From the NCBI GenBank assembly GCA_038826135.1, contig JAWBON010000018.1, positions 1 through 21,416 of the forward strand: DNA of 21,416 nucleotides, given 5' to 3'. A program made the position numbers and the translations under genes. The notes beneath the pieces are model-generated. The model was given only the letters and a program-made list of their open reading frames with translations. It ran no database searches and was not told the origin of the DNA. Below, one piece after another: positions 8,882-17,898 of the stretch. How positions within the stretch are numbered: the first letter of the stretch is position 1; the number at the start of each line of letters is the position of its first letter. Source of the DNA: Candidatus Odinarchaeota archaeon (GTDB lineage Archaea; Asgardarchaeota; Odinarchaeia; Odinarchaeales; Odinarchaeaceae).

Positions 8882-10095
8882 TTTCTTAATACCTCGCTAT
8901 CTCCTGTTTTAATATCGTCAATAATTAAAACCAGTTCTGAAACTGAGGGAACAATTATATCAGTTTTCAGATTCATAAATCTTTTCTCTAAGATTTGCGG
9001 ATTAGCAGCCTGGCCTGTGAAGCCGATGCTTATAATGGGGGATTTAAAAATCTTCTTAGCTTCATTAGCGGCATAGATGTCAGCCGCTGTGTCACCGATG
9101 AATGCGGCTGTTTTAACTTCCCCCATTTTTTTAAGAGACAGTATAATTGATGCAGGATTTGGTTTTTCTAAAGAGATTTTTTGACCGGTTTGCTTCTCAA
9201 TTCTCTCCTCCTCGCTTCTTATATCCTCGAGGAATATTAACGCGTTCATATTAACCATTTCAGGGATGATTCCATTTTTTCTAAGCGTGTACTCTGCTTC
9301 TTTTCTAGGTCTACTAGAGGCTATCCCGAATTTTTTCAAGCCTAATTCTAAAAGTCGTTCATAATCTTTTAGCTCTCCGTTAAGCCGCTCTGTGTTAATA
9401 AAACCGTCTTTAACACCTAGTATGGGTTCAACATTGTAAAACTCGGTTATTAACGACCCTAAATAAAATTCTTGAAAAACTCTAGTTATCAAATCATTTT
9501 CCAGATCTTTTTGAAATCTCAAATATTTTTCAATTCTTTGCAGAAAATTAATCTGAGCCATATTTTCAGCCCAAGAATATAAGACTTTACGCGCTGTTCT
9601 AAGCCCGTAAATATCTAAGTAGGATATGTAGTCTTCTAATGTATAATCTTTCATGGAGGTGATCTTTTCATAGGTGATATTCGAGAGTTTGAACACGCTT
9701 CTTAGCTCTGTCAGAAAGCTTATAGCTTCTTTAATACTGGTGTTTTCCGGTATTGTTATCTGAGCTCTTTTAGAGAGAAAAACTGAAAGTTTAAAAAAAT
9801 AGTAGAGGATAAAGGCATACGTTAACTCCCAATCATTATTGAATCCGCCTGTGTTTCTGATCATTAATATATCTTTAGATGACACTGAATCTGATATTTT
9901 CCTGTTGAAAACATTTGAAAAAACGAAGTTAACAGTCTCTTTTATCGCGTTATCATATGATTCAGCTGTTTTTAAAAGCACTCCGTCGCAGTCAAATACC
10001 AGAGTATCGAGTTTTTTCAGTAATGGAGGTGTATCAAGGTTGATGATTATGTTTTTACCATTCTGATTTAAAACTCCGTAACCTACCATACTCAT
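8863..10095 (-). CDS. HAD-superfamily phosphatase with large cap; candidate histidinol-phosphatase
   Basis: Motif I FDCDGVL, motif II ASSRP, motif III EKPNP, motif IV FIGDTAADI. Sits between hisC and hisB. I prefer the ATG at 10095 (TGATG overlap with the hisC stop) over the track's GTG at 10107. Confidence 0.8.
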   Translation of the reverse strand: MSMVGYGVLNQNGKNIIINLDTPPLLKKLDTLVFDCDGVLLKTAESYDNAIKETVNFVFSNVFNRKISDSVSSKDILMIRNTGGFNNDWELTYAFILYYFFKLSVFLSKRAQITIPENTSIKEAISFLTELRSVFKLSNITYEKITSMKDYTLEDYISYLDIYGLRTARKVLYSWAENMAQINFLQRIEKYLRFQKDLENDLITRVFQEFYLGSLITEFYNVEPILGVKDGFINTERLNGELKDYERLLELGLKKFGIASSRPRKEAEYTLRKNGIIPEMVNMNALIFLEDIRSEEERIEKQTGQKISLEKPNPASIILSLKKMGEVKTAAFIGDTAADIYAANEAKKIFKSPIISIGFTGQAANPQILEKRFMNLKTDIIVPSVSELVLIIDDIKTGDSEVLRKCEHLI

Positions 10096-11186
10096 CAACT
10101 CAAACACTCTTGGAGCGCACTAATGAAAATATCGCAGTCAGGAGGCGGGCACACGGTTACTCTTAAACAATTCTCTAGTAAAGGCAGACTGCCCCTGTTA
10201 CGGAGAATTATCCCTTTTTTAAGAAGTTTTTCATGTATAATATCGCCACTGAATTTCTTATCTATTATTCTAAATAGTATGAAGTTCGCTTCACTCGGAT
10301 ACGCTTCCACCCCGTCGATATTGTTTAATTGTTTAATAAGCTTAGCCCGCTGGCTTTTAATCTTATTTATAGACTTCATAATTACACTGGTCTGCGCTAG
10401 CATTTTTGGAATAATTTTTTGCGCGATTATGTTTACAGGATACGGGGGGGCTACTTTTAAAAGCTGGTTGATTATCTCCGGGTTTGCAAGACAGTAACCC
10501 GCTCTAAGACTAGCCAATCCGTAAGCTTTCGACATGGTTTTCACTATTATCAGATTAGGGAATTTTCTAAGAGCGGGGATCAAAGAGTATCTGCCGAATT
10601 CAGCGTATGCTTCATCGAGTATGATTAGCGAATTAGAATTTTCTAAGAGATTCATCAACTCACTGTATTCGAATTGGTTCCCAGTAGGGTTATTGGGGGA
10701 ACAGATAAATATCAGACTGGTTTTCTTATCGGAAAGCTTTAGGATTCGATCCGAATTTATTGAAAAACAGTTCTCTAAAAGAACAGGGACGTATTCAGCC
10801 CCCATAATTTTGATGAAAAACTTGTAGATAGAGTATGTAGGCTCTATGACGAGGGCTTTAAACCCGGGTTCTAAAAATGTTTTCACCACGGTATCTATTA
10901 CACCGTCCGCTCCGTTTCCAACCATAACATATTCTGATGCTGTGTTAAAATGTCTAGCAATAGATTCTCTTAGTTCTTCGCAGAGGGTGTCTGTATAAAT
11001 ATTAGTTTCGATTTCACTTAGGGATTGACGGATTACTCTATTAATATAGTTAGGCTTTAAAAACAGGTTTTCATTACCATCTAGTTTAAGCACTTTACTT
11101 GACGGTGAAATTATTTTTTTAAAGTGAACTTCACCAGTGTATTTTTCAAAGTCTCTGAGAAGTTTCCGAGTAAGCTTACTTATCAT
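10095..11186 (-). CDS. hisC: Histidinol-phosphate aminotransferase
   Basis: LDGNEN, VGNGADGVI, PTYSIY, CSPNNPTGN, LDEAYAEF, KTMSKAYGLASLRAGY (PLP lysine), NFIL, LRVTV. Start reassigned from 11234 to the ATG at 11186 (GAGG RBS, 11-nt overlap with hisD). Confidence 0.95.
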   Translation of the reverse strand: MISKLTRKLLRDFEKYTGEVHFKKIISPSSKVLKLDGNENLFLKPNYINRVIRQSLSEIETNIYTDTLCEELRESIARHFNTASEYVMVGNGADGVIDTVVKTFLEPGFKALVIEPTYSIYKFFIKIMGAEYVPVLLENCFSINSDRILKLSDKKTSLIFICSPNNPTGNQFEYSELMNLLENSNSLIILDEAYAEFGRYSLIPALRKFPNLIIVKTMSKAYGLASLRAGYCLANPEIINQLLKVAPPYPVNIIAQKIIPKMLAQTSVIMKSINKIKSQRAKLIKQLNNIDGVEAYPSEANFILFRIIDKKFSGDIIHEKLLKKGIILRNRGSLPLLENCLRVTVCPPPDCDIFISALQECLS

Positions 11187-12477
11187 CGCTGATCCTCGCA
11201 TCAACAGATTTCTTATGCTCGAAAAGTTTCTCATAAACGGCTATTTCCGATAGGGGTTTACTGATTTTTTTAAGCCCATCCCTAGTCGCGTAAACTAAGT
11301 CAATTGATTTAATGAAATCATTCACTGTTAATCCTGAATATGTTTTCGCGTAGCCGCCGGTTGGTAGAATATGGTTTGAACCGGCTATAAGGTCTCCGAC
11401 AGCCACCGGGGACATTTCACCTAGGAATATAGCGCCAGCGTTTTTAACATTTGGAAGCAGTTTAAAAGGGTCGCTAACCAGTAGTTCAAGGTGCTCTGGC
11501 GCGAAATCGTTAATAAAGTTTAATGCTTCAACTAAACTAGTAGCGTGGATAAATAAGCTGTTAGATTCTAAAGCTTTTTCAATTATCTCTCTCCTATTAG
11601 AGGAGGGGATCAGCTTATTTAACTCATCTATGACGTTATTTAATATATTAGTGGATTCTGCTAGTAGAATACAGGAAGCGTTAGGGTCATGCTCAGCTTG
11701 AGCTATTAAATCATGAGCGATAAATTTCGAGTTTGCTGTAGAGTCAGCTAAGATTAATATCTCAGACGGCCCGGCGGGTAGATCTATTCTAACATCACTG
11801 CTCACAATTAGCTTAGCTGTTGTAACATATATATTTCCAGGGCCTATTATTTTTTCAACCCTTGGAATTGTTTCAGTACCGTAGGCCATAGCCGCTATAG
11901 CTTGGGCGCCCCCTATTTTATATATTTTGCTAACTCCAACCTCATTAGCCGCCACTAATATAGACGGGTCTATCCCACCGTTTAAGGCCGGGGGGGAGCA
12001 TAATATAATTTCCTCAACACCCGCCACTTTAGCAGGAACAGCCGCCATAAGAACCGTTGAAGGATAACTAGCTCGCCCTCCTGGAACATATACGCCGACG
12101 GATTTAAGAGGAGAATATTTCTGGCCTACGAATACACCTTTAGAGGTCTCTGTGAACCATAATGTCCTTAACTGTAAAGCGTGAAATTTTTCAATATTAG
12201 CTTTAGCTGTTTTAATAGCTTCAACAAATTCTCTGCTAACCTGATTATAAGCGTTCTCAATCTCTTTTTGAGATACTTTTATTTCCTGCGCGGTTAACTC
12301 GACTTTATCAAACTCTTTTGTGAAACCGATGACAGCTGTATCCCCGTATTTACGAACATCGTTAACGATCTTACTAACCTTATCTATTACTTCAATAGAG
12401 CGGGTTCGACCTCTATTTGCAAGTTTATCTTTAAGATAAGTATAAGCTTCGTTTAAATCATATATTTTAAATTTCAT
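11176..12477 (-). CDS. hisD: Histidinol dehydrogenase
   Basis: [62 protein letters not shown]. Confidence 0.98.
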   Translation of the reverse strand: MKFKIYDLNEAYTYLKDKLANRGRTRSIEVIDKVSKIVNDVRKYGDTAVIGFTKEFDKVELTAQEIKVSQKEIENAYNQVSREFVEAIKTAKANIEKFHALQLRTLWFTETSKGVFVGQKYSPLKSVGVYVPGGRASYPSTVLMAAVPAKVAGVEEIILCSPPALNGGIDPSILVAANEVGVSKIYKIGGAQAIAAMAYGTETIPRVEKIIGPGNIYVTTAKLIVSSDVRIDLPAGPSEILILADSTANSKFIAHDLIAQAEHDPNASCILLAESTNILNNVIDELNKLIPSSNRREIIEKALESNSLFIHATSLVEALNFINDFAPEHLELLVSDPFKLLPNVKNAGAIFLGEMSPVAVGDLIAGSNHILPTGGYAKTYSGLTVNDFIKSIDLVYATRDGLKKISKPLSEIAVYEKLFEHKKSVDARISDDK

Positions 12478-12499
12478 TCAACCTCCCCTTCAAACAAAC

Positions 12500-13471
12500 C
12501 TATTCGTTAAACCCTTCCAAGGGGAGAACCTGCCTTGGAACATGCACAACTAAACCCTGCGCGTATTTCCTCAGTAATGGCACTATAGTTATAAAGTACT
12601 CTTTAGGTATAATTGTATTTAAAGAATACCAGTCATCCGTCCCAGCTAGTTTAGAGATCGTGGGTTTTTTTAAAGCAGGAAGCTTCTCCATAAGCTTAGA
12701 CAGATTCCGTTCTTGAACGTTTACAAAAATGTGTATTTTACCCCTAGCGTTTACAACACTTCTAAGCAGCATAGCTACATCCATGATCTTTTCCTTTTTC
12801 CAAGAGTCCTGCATAGCGTTTTCAGAAGCTAATAAGAACGCGCTTGAAACAGAAAGTGTTTCAATAACCTTCAAATTATTGTTTTGAATAGTGGTACCTG
12901 TTTCAGTATTATCTATAATAGCCTCAGCTTCATCTGGCGGTTTAGCCTCCGTTGCCCCGAAGGAGAGAAGTATTTTAACATTAGGATTACTGCCAAATTT
13001 ATACCAGGGTGTTATAACCTCAGGTTCAACTTCCCCGTAAATTTCCCTGTAACGCGGATTCAGCATCAAATAGTTTTTAGCTGAATTAATATACTCGGTT
13101 GATATTCGAAGCGGTTTATTCATGTTGTGACAGTATTCTATTAAATCAGTTAGAGAATTGATTTCAACCCATTGAGCGGGAACTGCTAGAATTATACGCA
13201 CTAAACCATATTCAAGATTAGCTATTTTAACAACACTAGACATGGTTTCATTTATCCAATCCAAGCCGGAGATGCCTAAATCATAAATACCCTGTTCAAC
13301 AAGTCTCGGTATCTCTTGAGGTCGAAGAAGTTTCAGAGAAATCTCAGGATCATTCACCCAAGGACGGTATGATCGATCTGAGCCTTTTATCTCGTAGCCT
13401 GCTTGTTTAAAGAGTTCAAGTGTTGCCTCTAATAATGAGCCTTTAGGTAACGCTATTTTCAACGCATTCAT
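12500..13471 (-). CDS. hisG: ATP phosphoribosyltransferase, long form with C-terminal regulatory domain
   Basis: IALPKGSL, RPQEIP, DLGISGLDW, ISTEY, GATE, DNTETGTT, plus a C-terminal 'PALKKPTISKL' domain. RBS GGTG upstream. Confidence 0.95.
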   Translation of the reverse strand: MNALKIALPKGSLLEATLELFKQAGYEIKGSDRSYRPWVNDPEISLKLLRPQEIPRLVEQGIYDLGISGLDWINETMSSVVKIANLEYGLVRIILAVPAQWVEINSLTDLIEYCHNMNKPLRISTEYINSAKNYLMLNPRYREIYGEVEPEVITPWYKFGSNPNVKILLSFGATEAKPPDEAEAIIDNTETGTTIQNNNLKVIETLSVSSAFLLASENAMQDSWKKEKIMDVAMLLRSVVNARGKIHIFVNVQERNLSKLMEKLPALKKPTISKLAGTDDWYSLNTIIPKEYFITIVPLLRKYAQGLVVHVPRQVLPLEGFNE

Positions 13472-13488
13472 TTAAACAACACCTACAT

Positions 13489-13524
13489 TATAATATTACA
13501 TCACTATAATATTACATCACTATA
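13489..13524. repeat. Perfect tandem direct repeat, 16-bp unit TATAATATTACATCAC x2 plus TATA
   Basis: Units at 13489-13504 and 13505-13520, partial copy at 13521-13524. It lies 18-53 nt upstream of the hisG ATG. Confidence 0.95.
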
Positions 13525-13539
13525 CGAGTGAATGATTAA

Positions 13540-13548
13540 TTATAAAAA
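13540..13548 (-). promoter_or_regulatory. Putative TATA box of the his operon (TTTTTATAA)
   Basis: Archaeal TATA-like sequence about 70 nt upstream of hisG. A TSS about 25 nt downstream would fall inside the tandem repeat. Confidence 0.4.
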
Positions 13549-13871
13549 TTTATAGACGGAATCCAACCCGACCGGTGAACGCTTTTACAGAATCCGCAAA
13601 TCTAATATTTATTTTATAAAACCATAGTGGCTGTAAATAAATATGAACAAGTATAGACTGTAAATTTTTCAGCTAATTTTTGAAGCATTTGTAAACATGT
13701 TGATAATAAATATTAAAACGAGTACCAGTGGGAAAATAACTTTTATAGTTGATAAGCGTTTAAAAAATTAGCCCCTTAAACTCGATGACGATAACTTTGA
13801 ATGACCGCCTACCCGGGATGAAATTTTATAGTTACTCAGAGAGGAGGACAGGCAGTTGAGGAGGGAATAAT

Positions 13872-14681
13872 ATAGCTTTTACTAATTTAGAGTGCGGGAA
13901 TACGAGCACCATACTTATAGGTAACCTGTACTCATCCCAGCTGGCTTTTAATAATTTTGAAAGCGAGAAAATTAGAAATAAAATATTAGAAGTGGAGGAG
14001 CTGGCTAGTAAACTTAAAGTAAAACATTTTTACGATGTTATAGTTGAGCGTGAAAAAGATATAGAGCAATCCATCCGTGTTGTAGCGTCTATAAATAGTA
14101 ATCTTTTTCTACTCGATAGCGGTTCACCAACTATTTTAGAACGGGGGGTTCAAATAGCCTCACAATTCGGGGTTATAGAACGGTTAATGATAAATTCCAT
14201 TAACTATAGTTTAACCGATACCTTGTTAAAAACTATTAACAGACACGGTGTCCGAAACGCTGTCCTCCAAATATTCAATCCAAGGGAGCATAGTTTTCAG
14301 GGTCGGATAAAAATCTTAGAGAACCTGTTAAAAAAATTAGGTGATTCAACTATTGAAAATAAGATTGTGGATTGCGCGGTAAGCGATTTAAACTCTATAC
14401 CTGATGTGGTACAGGCTTTTACATACATAAAAAAGCAGTGGAATCTACTAGTAGGAGGCGCGCCGTGTAATTTAACATATATTTTAAGGAAAAAGGAGCC
14501 GGATTTCCTAAGTAAAAATTTCCAATCATACGACACCGCGTTAAACATATTATTTAGAAGCTACGGCGCGGATTTCCTAATCTACGGTCACATAAAATCT
14601 CACAGCAGAATATTTAAAGCAATACACACCTATGACACGGTTAAGCGTAAATTATCAGTTGATAGATCTAATTCAAGTTAG
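13872..14681 (+). CDS. mtrH: Divergent MtrH-like (pterin-binding TIM barrel, methyl-H4MPT/H4F:corrinoid methyltransferase family) protein; start uncertain
   Basis: Blocks align by eye with MtrH: LFLLDS, MINSIN, QIFNP...QGRIKILE, IVDCAV, KQWNLLVGGAPCN, GADFLIYGHI. The frame is open upstream of the track's GTG (13992) and encodes 'IAFTNLECGNTSTILIGNLY', similar to the MtrH N-terminal 'IAGTKIGGQPGEYPTVLAGTIF'. Confidence 0.7.
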   Translation: MAFTNLECGNTSTILIGNLYSSQLAFNNFESEKIRNKILEVEELASKLKVKHFYDVIVEREKDIEQSIRVVASINSNLFLLDSGSPTILERGVQIASQFGVIERLMINSINYSLTDTLLKTINRHGVRNAVLQIFNPREHSFQGRIKILENLLKKLGDSTIENKIVDCAVSDLNSIPDVVQAFTYIKKQWNLLVGGAPCNLTYILRKKEPDFLSKNFQSYDTALNILFRSYGADFLIYGHIKSHSRIFKAIHTYDTVKRKLSVDRSNSS

Positions 14682-16090
14682 TGGCTTATATGAGAATATT
14701 AACAAAAAAAGGCGACGAAATAATATTAGCAAGTGACGATAAGAGTGGTGGTGAGATAGGGGATAATATTATTCTATTCGACAGTGATGGGCGAGGGGTA
14801 CTAGTACAGTTAGTTGAGATTAATTTTACAAGTCAATTTCATCAAAACCATAGTGAAACTGTTAACAGCGGGAATCTATCTTACAGTGACAGATACTTCA
14901 GGTATAAAATACTCATGGAGGCTAAACGCGAGAACACAGGTATTAAACTATCAGATTGGAGCGGCTGGATTCCAGCTAGCGTATTCGAGGTTGTGAAGAT
15001 TAAATTACAGTGGCTGCTTGAGAATATAAGAGGAAAACCGAGATATCCTATTTACTTAGGTAGAACTGTTCAACATGAAAGAATATCTTTTGACGCATAC
15101 CATTTACAGGGTATAACGCTAATTATCGGTAAAAAAGGAAGTGGAAAAAGCCATCTATCCAAACTAATCCTAACAGAGTTAATGAGAAAAGGATGCAGAC
15201 TTATCGTATTCGATATCAACGATGAATATGGAAGTTTAAAAAATAATACTCATAAAGACGGGTTAAAATCCGCTGAGAAAAAAATCAGTGAGAAAATTAT
15301 TAGACTTAACCCAGGGGAAAATCTAAAATTCACCTTAGAATATGTGGGTATGGATATTCTTTACGATGTTCTAACAGGCCCGCTTAGATTACCGGAAGTA
15401 TCAGCAATATCCTTCAGGAATATTTGGACACATCTTGAAAGAAAAAACTATCTTAGAATAAACGAACTAGTTAAAGCTATTAACTCAGAGAATAATCCAT
15501 ATGTAAGAGAGGCATTGTATAGAAGAATACAACAAGTATTAGCTACAGAGATCTTCACCGATGAAGATGAGGATAAACCACTCCTGCAGCAACTGCTCGA
15601 TGAAATAGGTAAAGGAGGCGCCTTAATAGTAAATCTTAAAAGAACAGATCAGATAGCCAGAATCATAACTGTTCAAACAATCTTGGGTAAAATTCAGAGT
15701 TTACTTGAAAAAGGAGAGCCGCCTCTATGGTTGGTAGCTGAAGAAGCGCATTTCTATATACCTAAAGCCTCCTTAGAAGACATAGTTAGCAGAATGAGAC
15801 ATATAGGGGCATATCAAATATATATAACTAACAGCCCTCAATCTCTACCGGAAATGATAATTAGACAATCAGATAATCTTTTCCTCTTTAAACTCGTGGA
15901 TAGAAGAGACATCGAATATATTTCCCCGGCCGCTAATATGGATGAGGAGACTCTCAACCCACTGGTTAAATCACTACCTTTCAGAAGATGTCTTGTTACA
16001 GGAGAATTAACAAAGAACTATCCTTGCATAATTGACATTAATCCGGTAAAAATATTTGACAGCGGGGAGACGAGGCTATTTTTAAAATAA
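14681..16090 (+). CDS. HerA/FtsK-family (DUF87) ATPase
   Basis: N-terminal HAS-barrel-like region, Walker A GKKGSGKS, IVFDINDEY, Walker B LVAEEAH, RMRHIG, IRQSDN. The start is either GTG 14681 (1-nt overlap with the upstream stop) or ATG 14690. Confidence 0.88.
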   Translation: MAYMRILTKKGDEIILASDDKSGGEIGDNIILFDSDGRGVLVQLVEINFTSQFHQNHSETVNSGNLSYSDRYFRYKILMEAKRENTGIKLSDWSGWIPASVFEVVKIKLQWLLENIRGKPRYPIYLGRTVQHERISFDAYHLQGITLIIGKKGSGKSHLSKLILTELMRKGCRLIVFDINDEYGSLKNNTHKDGLKSAEKKISEKIIRLNPGENLKFTLEYVGMDILYDVLTGPLRLPEVSAISFRNIWTHLERKNYLRINELVKAINSENNPYVREALYRRIQQVLATEIFTDEDEDKPLLQQLLDEIGKGGALIVNLKRTDQIARIITVQTILGKIQSLLEKGEPPLWLVAEEAHFYIPKASLEDIVSRMRHIGAYQIYITNSPQSLPEMIIRQSDNLFLFKLVDRRDIEYISPAANMDEETLNPLVKSLPFRRCLVTGELTKNYPCIIDINPVKIFDSGETRLFLK

Positions 16091-16113
16091 TGTTAAATAT
16101 TAAGTGAACTATT

Positions 16114-17883
16114 TTATATACTTCTCTTAGTAAGTATAGCCGCTATGGTGAACAGTACAAGCGAGGACACTGCAGCCACTAATAGGTTAAAACCGATGTA
16201 TTCTAACCCTTGTCCGAGTAGAACTACTCTTCTTAAAGCGTCATTAGTATACCAGTAGGGCAGATATTCTTGGAAGGTTTGAGCGATAGGTGGCATTAAT
16301 TCTTTAGGCATGAGTATTCCTGTAAAGAATATTAAAGGAACCATTATCGCTATTTCTAGGATTATAACCCCTCGTGAGCTAATATTTCTAGCAGATATAG
16401 CGAATCCTAATGATATGGTGAGTATAGCTATCATTATAGCTATTAAATAGAAGAGAGCGATATTGCCAACTATCACGCCGCCTAAAATATACAAGTACAT
16501 TAGTAAAAGTATTGTAGCTCTTAATAATGTTAAAGTTATGCTTGCAATAGTCTTCCCTAAAAAGAAGCTTAACTTATTCATAGGCGTTAGAAATAGGCGG
16601 GGCATTGTACCCTTCTCTCTTTCTCTAGCCATAGCTCCCGCGATATCGTCAAAACAGCTGAAAATTAGTGCGAACCCTAACACCATTATACCTGTGGCAA
16701 CACCGGATTCTATATCCACTCCAATATTATCTTCATATATAGATAGCATGTTTTCTTGTCCGTTGAATATTTCATCCAAGATATTTTCTGCAATATTACT
16801 TAACTCGGTTAAAGTTGTGTTATCTCCTAAATTATATATTTCACTAATTAAATCCATGTCACCCGCTATGTTTTGAAAAGCATACTGTAAAACGAATTGA
16901 TCTATTAAACTTGTTTCATTCCATTCAGTAAGTGAGAAAAAGGAGTAAACATTGTAAAAAAGATTTAGCTGACCATCTGAGAGGGTTGAATTAAGGTAAG
17001 CCGGTGTTATGAGAGAGATTACGCTTTCGCCTCTATATTTAGGTATAATACTGAAAACTTCGCTAGGCGTAGGGTAAGGGGTTGTGAATGTATAATTCCA
17101 ATGATAATAAAATAGTTGATGGTATTCAAGCGCCCAGATTTGCATCTCTGCAGGATAACTGGATAGAGCCATTTGTAAATACATGTAGGTGGATTGGTTT
17201 GCATACCCGTTAGCTTCATAGATAGTGATTAAACCAGCTTCTATCTGATCACTATATGTTGAATAATACTGCTCCCAACCATTGAGACCGCCGCTTGCGT
17301 TACCTGAAATATAAATAGCAGGAATACCGTATATCATAAAAGCTGTTATTGAAACATTGTTTTTAAGATCATATAATTGCTGATGAATCCTTGTGACATT
17401 ATCTAAAACATTATCTCTCAAATAGTTCTTAAAGACCCTTATCAGATCATTAGAGTTTTTTTTGAATATTTGTCAGTAAAACACTAGAAATTTCACGTTT
17501 ACTATTATCAACAATCACAGTTAGATTCATAAAATCTTTTTTCTCTAAAGACGCGGTGAAACCTTCAGGTATCATAATAGCTGCAGCAATAACGCCTCTT
17601 TCAACCATATTTTTAAGCTCTTCATAGCTTTCAGCCGTATACTTAACTTGCAGATTCGAATTATTAAACACCACAAGCATATCATTCGATAACTTAGTTT
17701 TATCAGCATCATACAATCCTATCGCGAGATTTATTTGAGATTGAGTTTTAGGTATTGCAAAAGTGAAAGCTGCCATGATTGTTATCGGGATTAGAAATGT
17801 GAAAAAAGTGATGCTTTATCACGCCAAAGTTGAATTAACTCTTTCTTAGCTATTAAAACCGAGTTCTTTATTAATGTCTTCAA
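16114..17883 (-). pseudogene. ABC-2 type exporter permease (~589 aa) interrupted by two frameshifts (possibly sequencing errors)
   Basis: TTG at 17883 gives MKTLIKNSVLIAKKELIQLWRDKASLF. One added T in the T6 run (plus-strand A 17802-17807) continues as FTFLIPITIMAAF (track ORF 17450..17776). One removed A in the A8 run (plus-strand T 17456-17463) continues as NSNDLIRVFKNYLRDNV (track ORF 16114..17421). The C-terminus has AREREKGTMPRLFLTP and FFTGILMP. Confidence 0.8.
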
Positions 17884-17898
17884 CTTTAGTACCACCCT

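Noticed and set aside
5492-13084. Plus-strand ORFs 5492..5680, 7382..7606, 9839..10066, 10123..10497, 10534..10827 and 12884..13084
   Set aside because: All are antisense to well-supported his-operon genes.
13489-13524. Tandem repeat as a CRISPR remnant
   Set aside because: Units are adjacent with no spacers, only 16 bp long, and there are no cas genes.
13560-13850. Possible C/D-box sRNA, fluoride riboswitch or leader peptide in the hisG-mtrH intergenic region
   Set aside because: No correctly arranged RUGAUGA/CUGA boxes, no riboswitch pairing, and no His-rich short ORF.
13785-13860. SECIS-like pattern (ATGA-N11-AA-N15-GA) near the in-frame TGA at 13857, suggesting selenocysteine
   Set aside because: The arms do not base-pair into helix II, and MtrH has no conserved Cys at that position.
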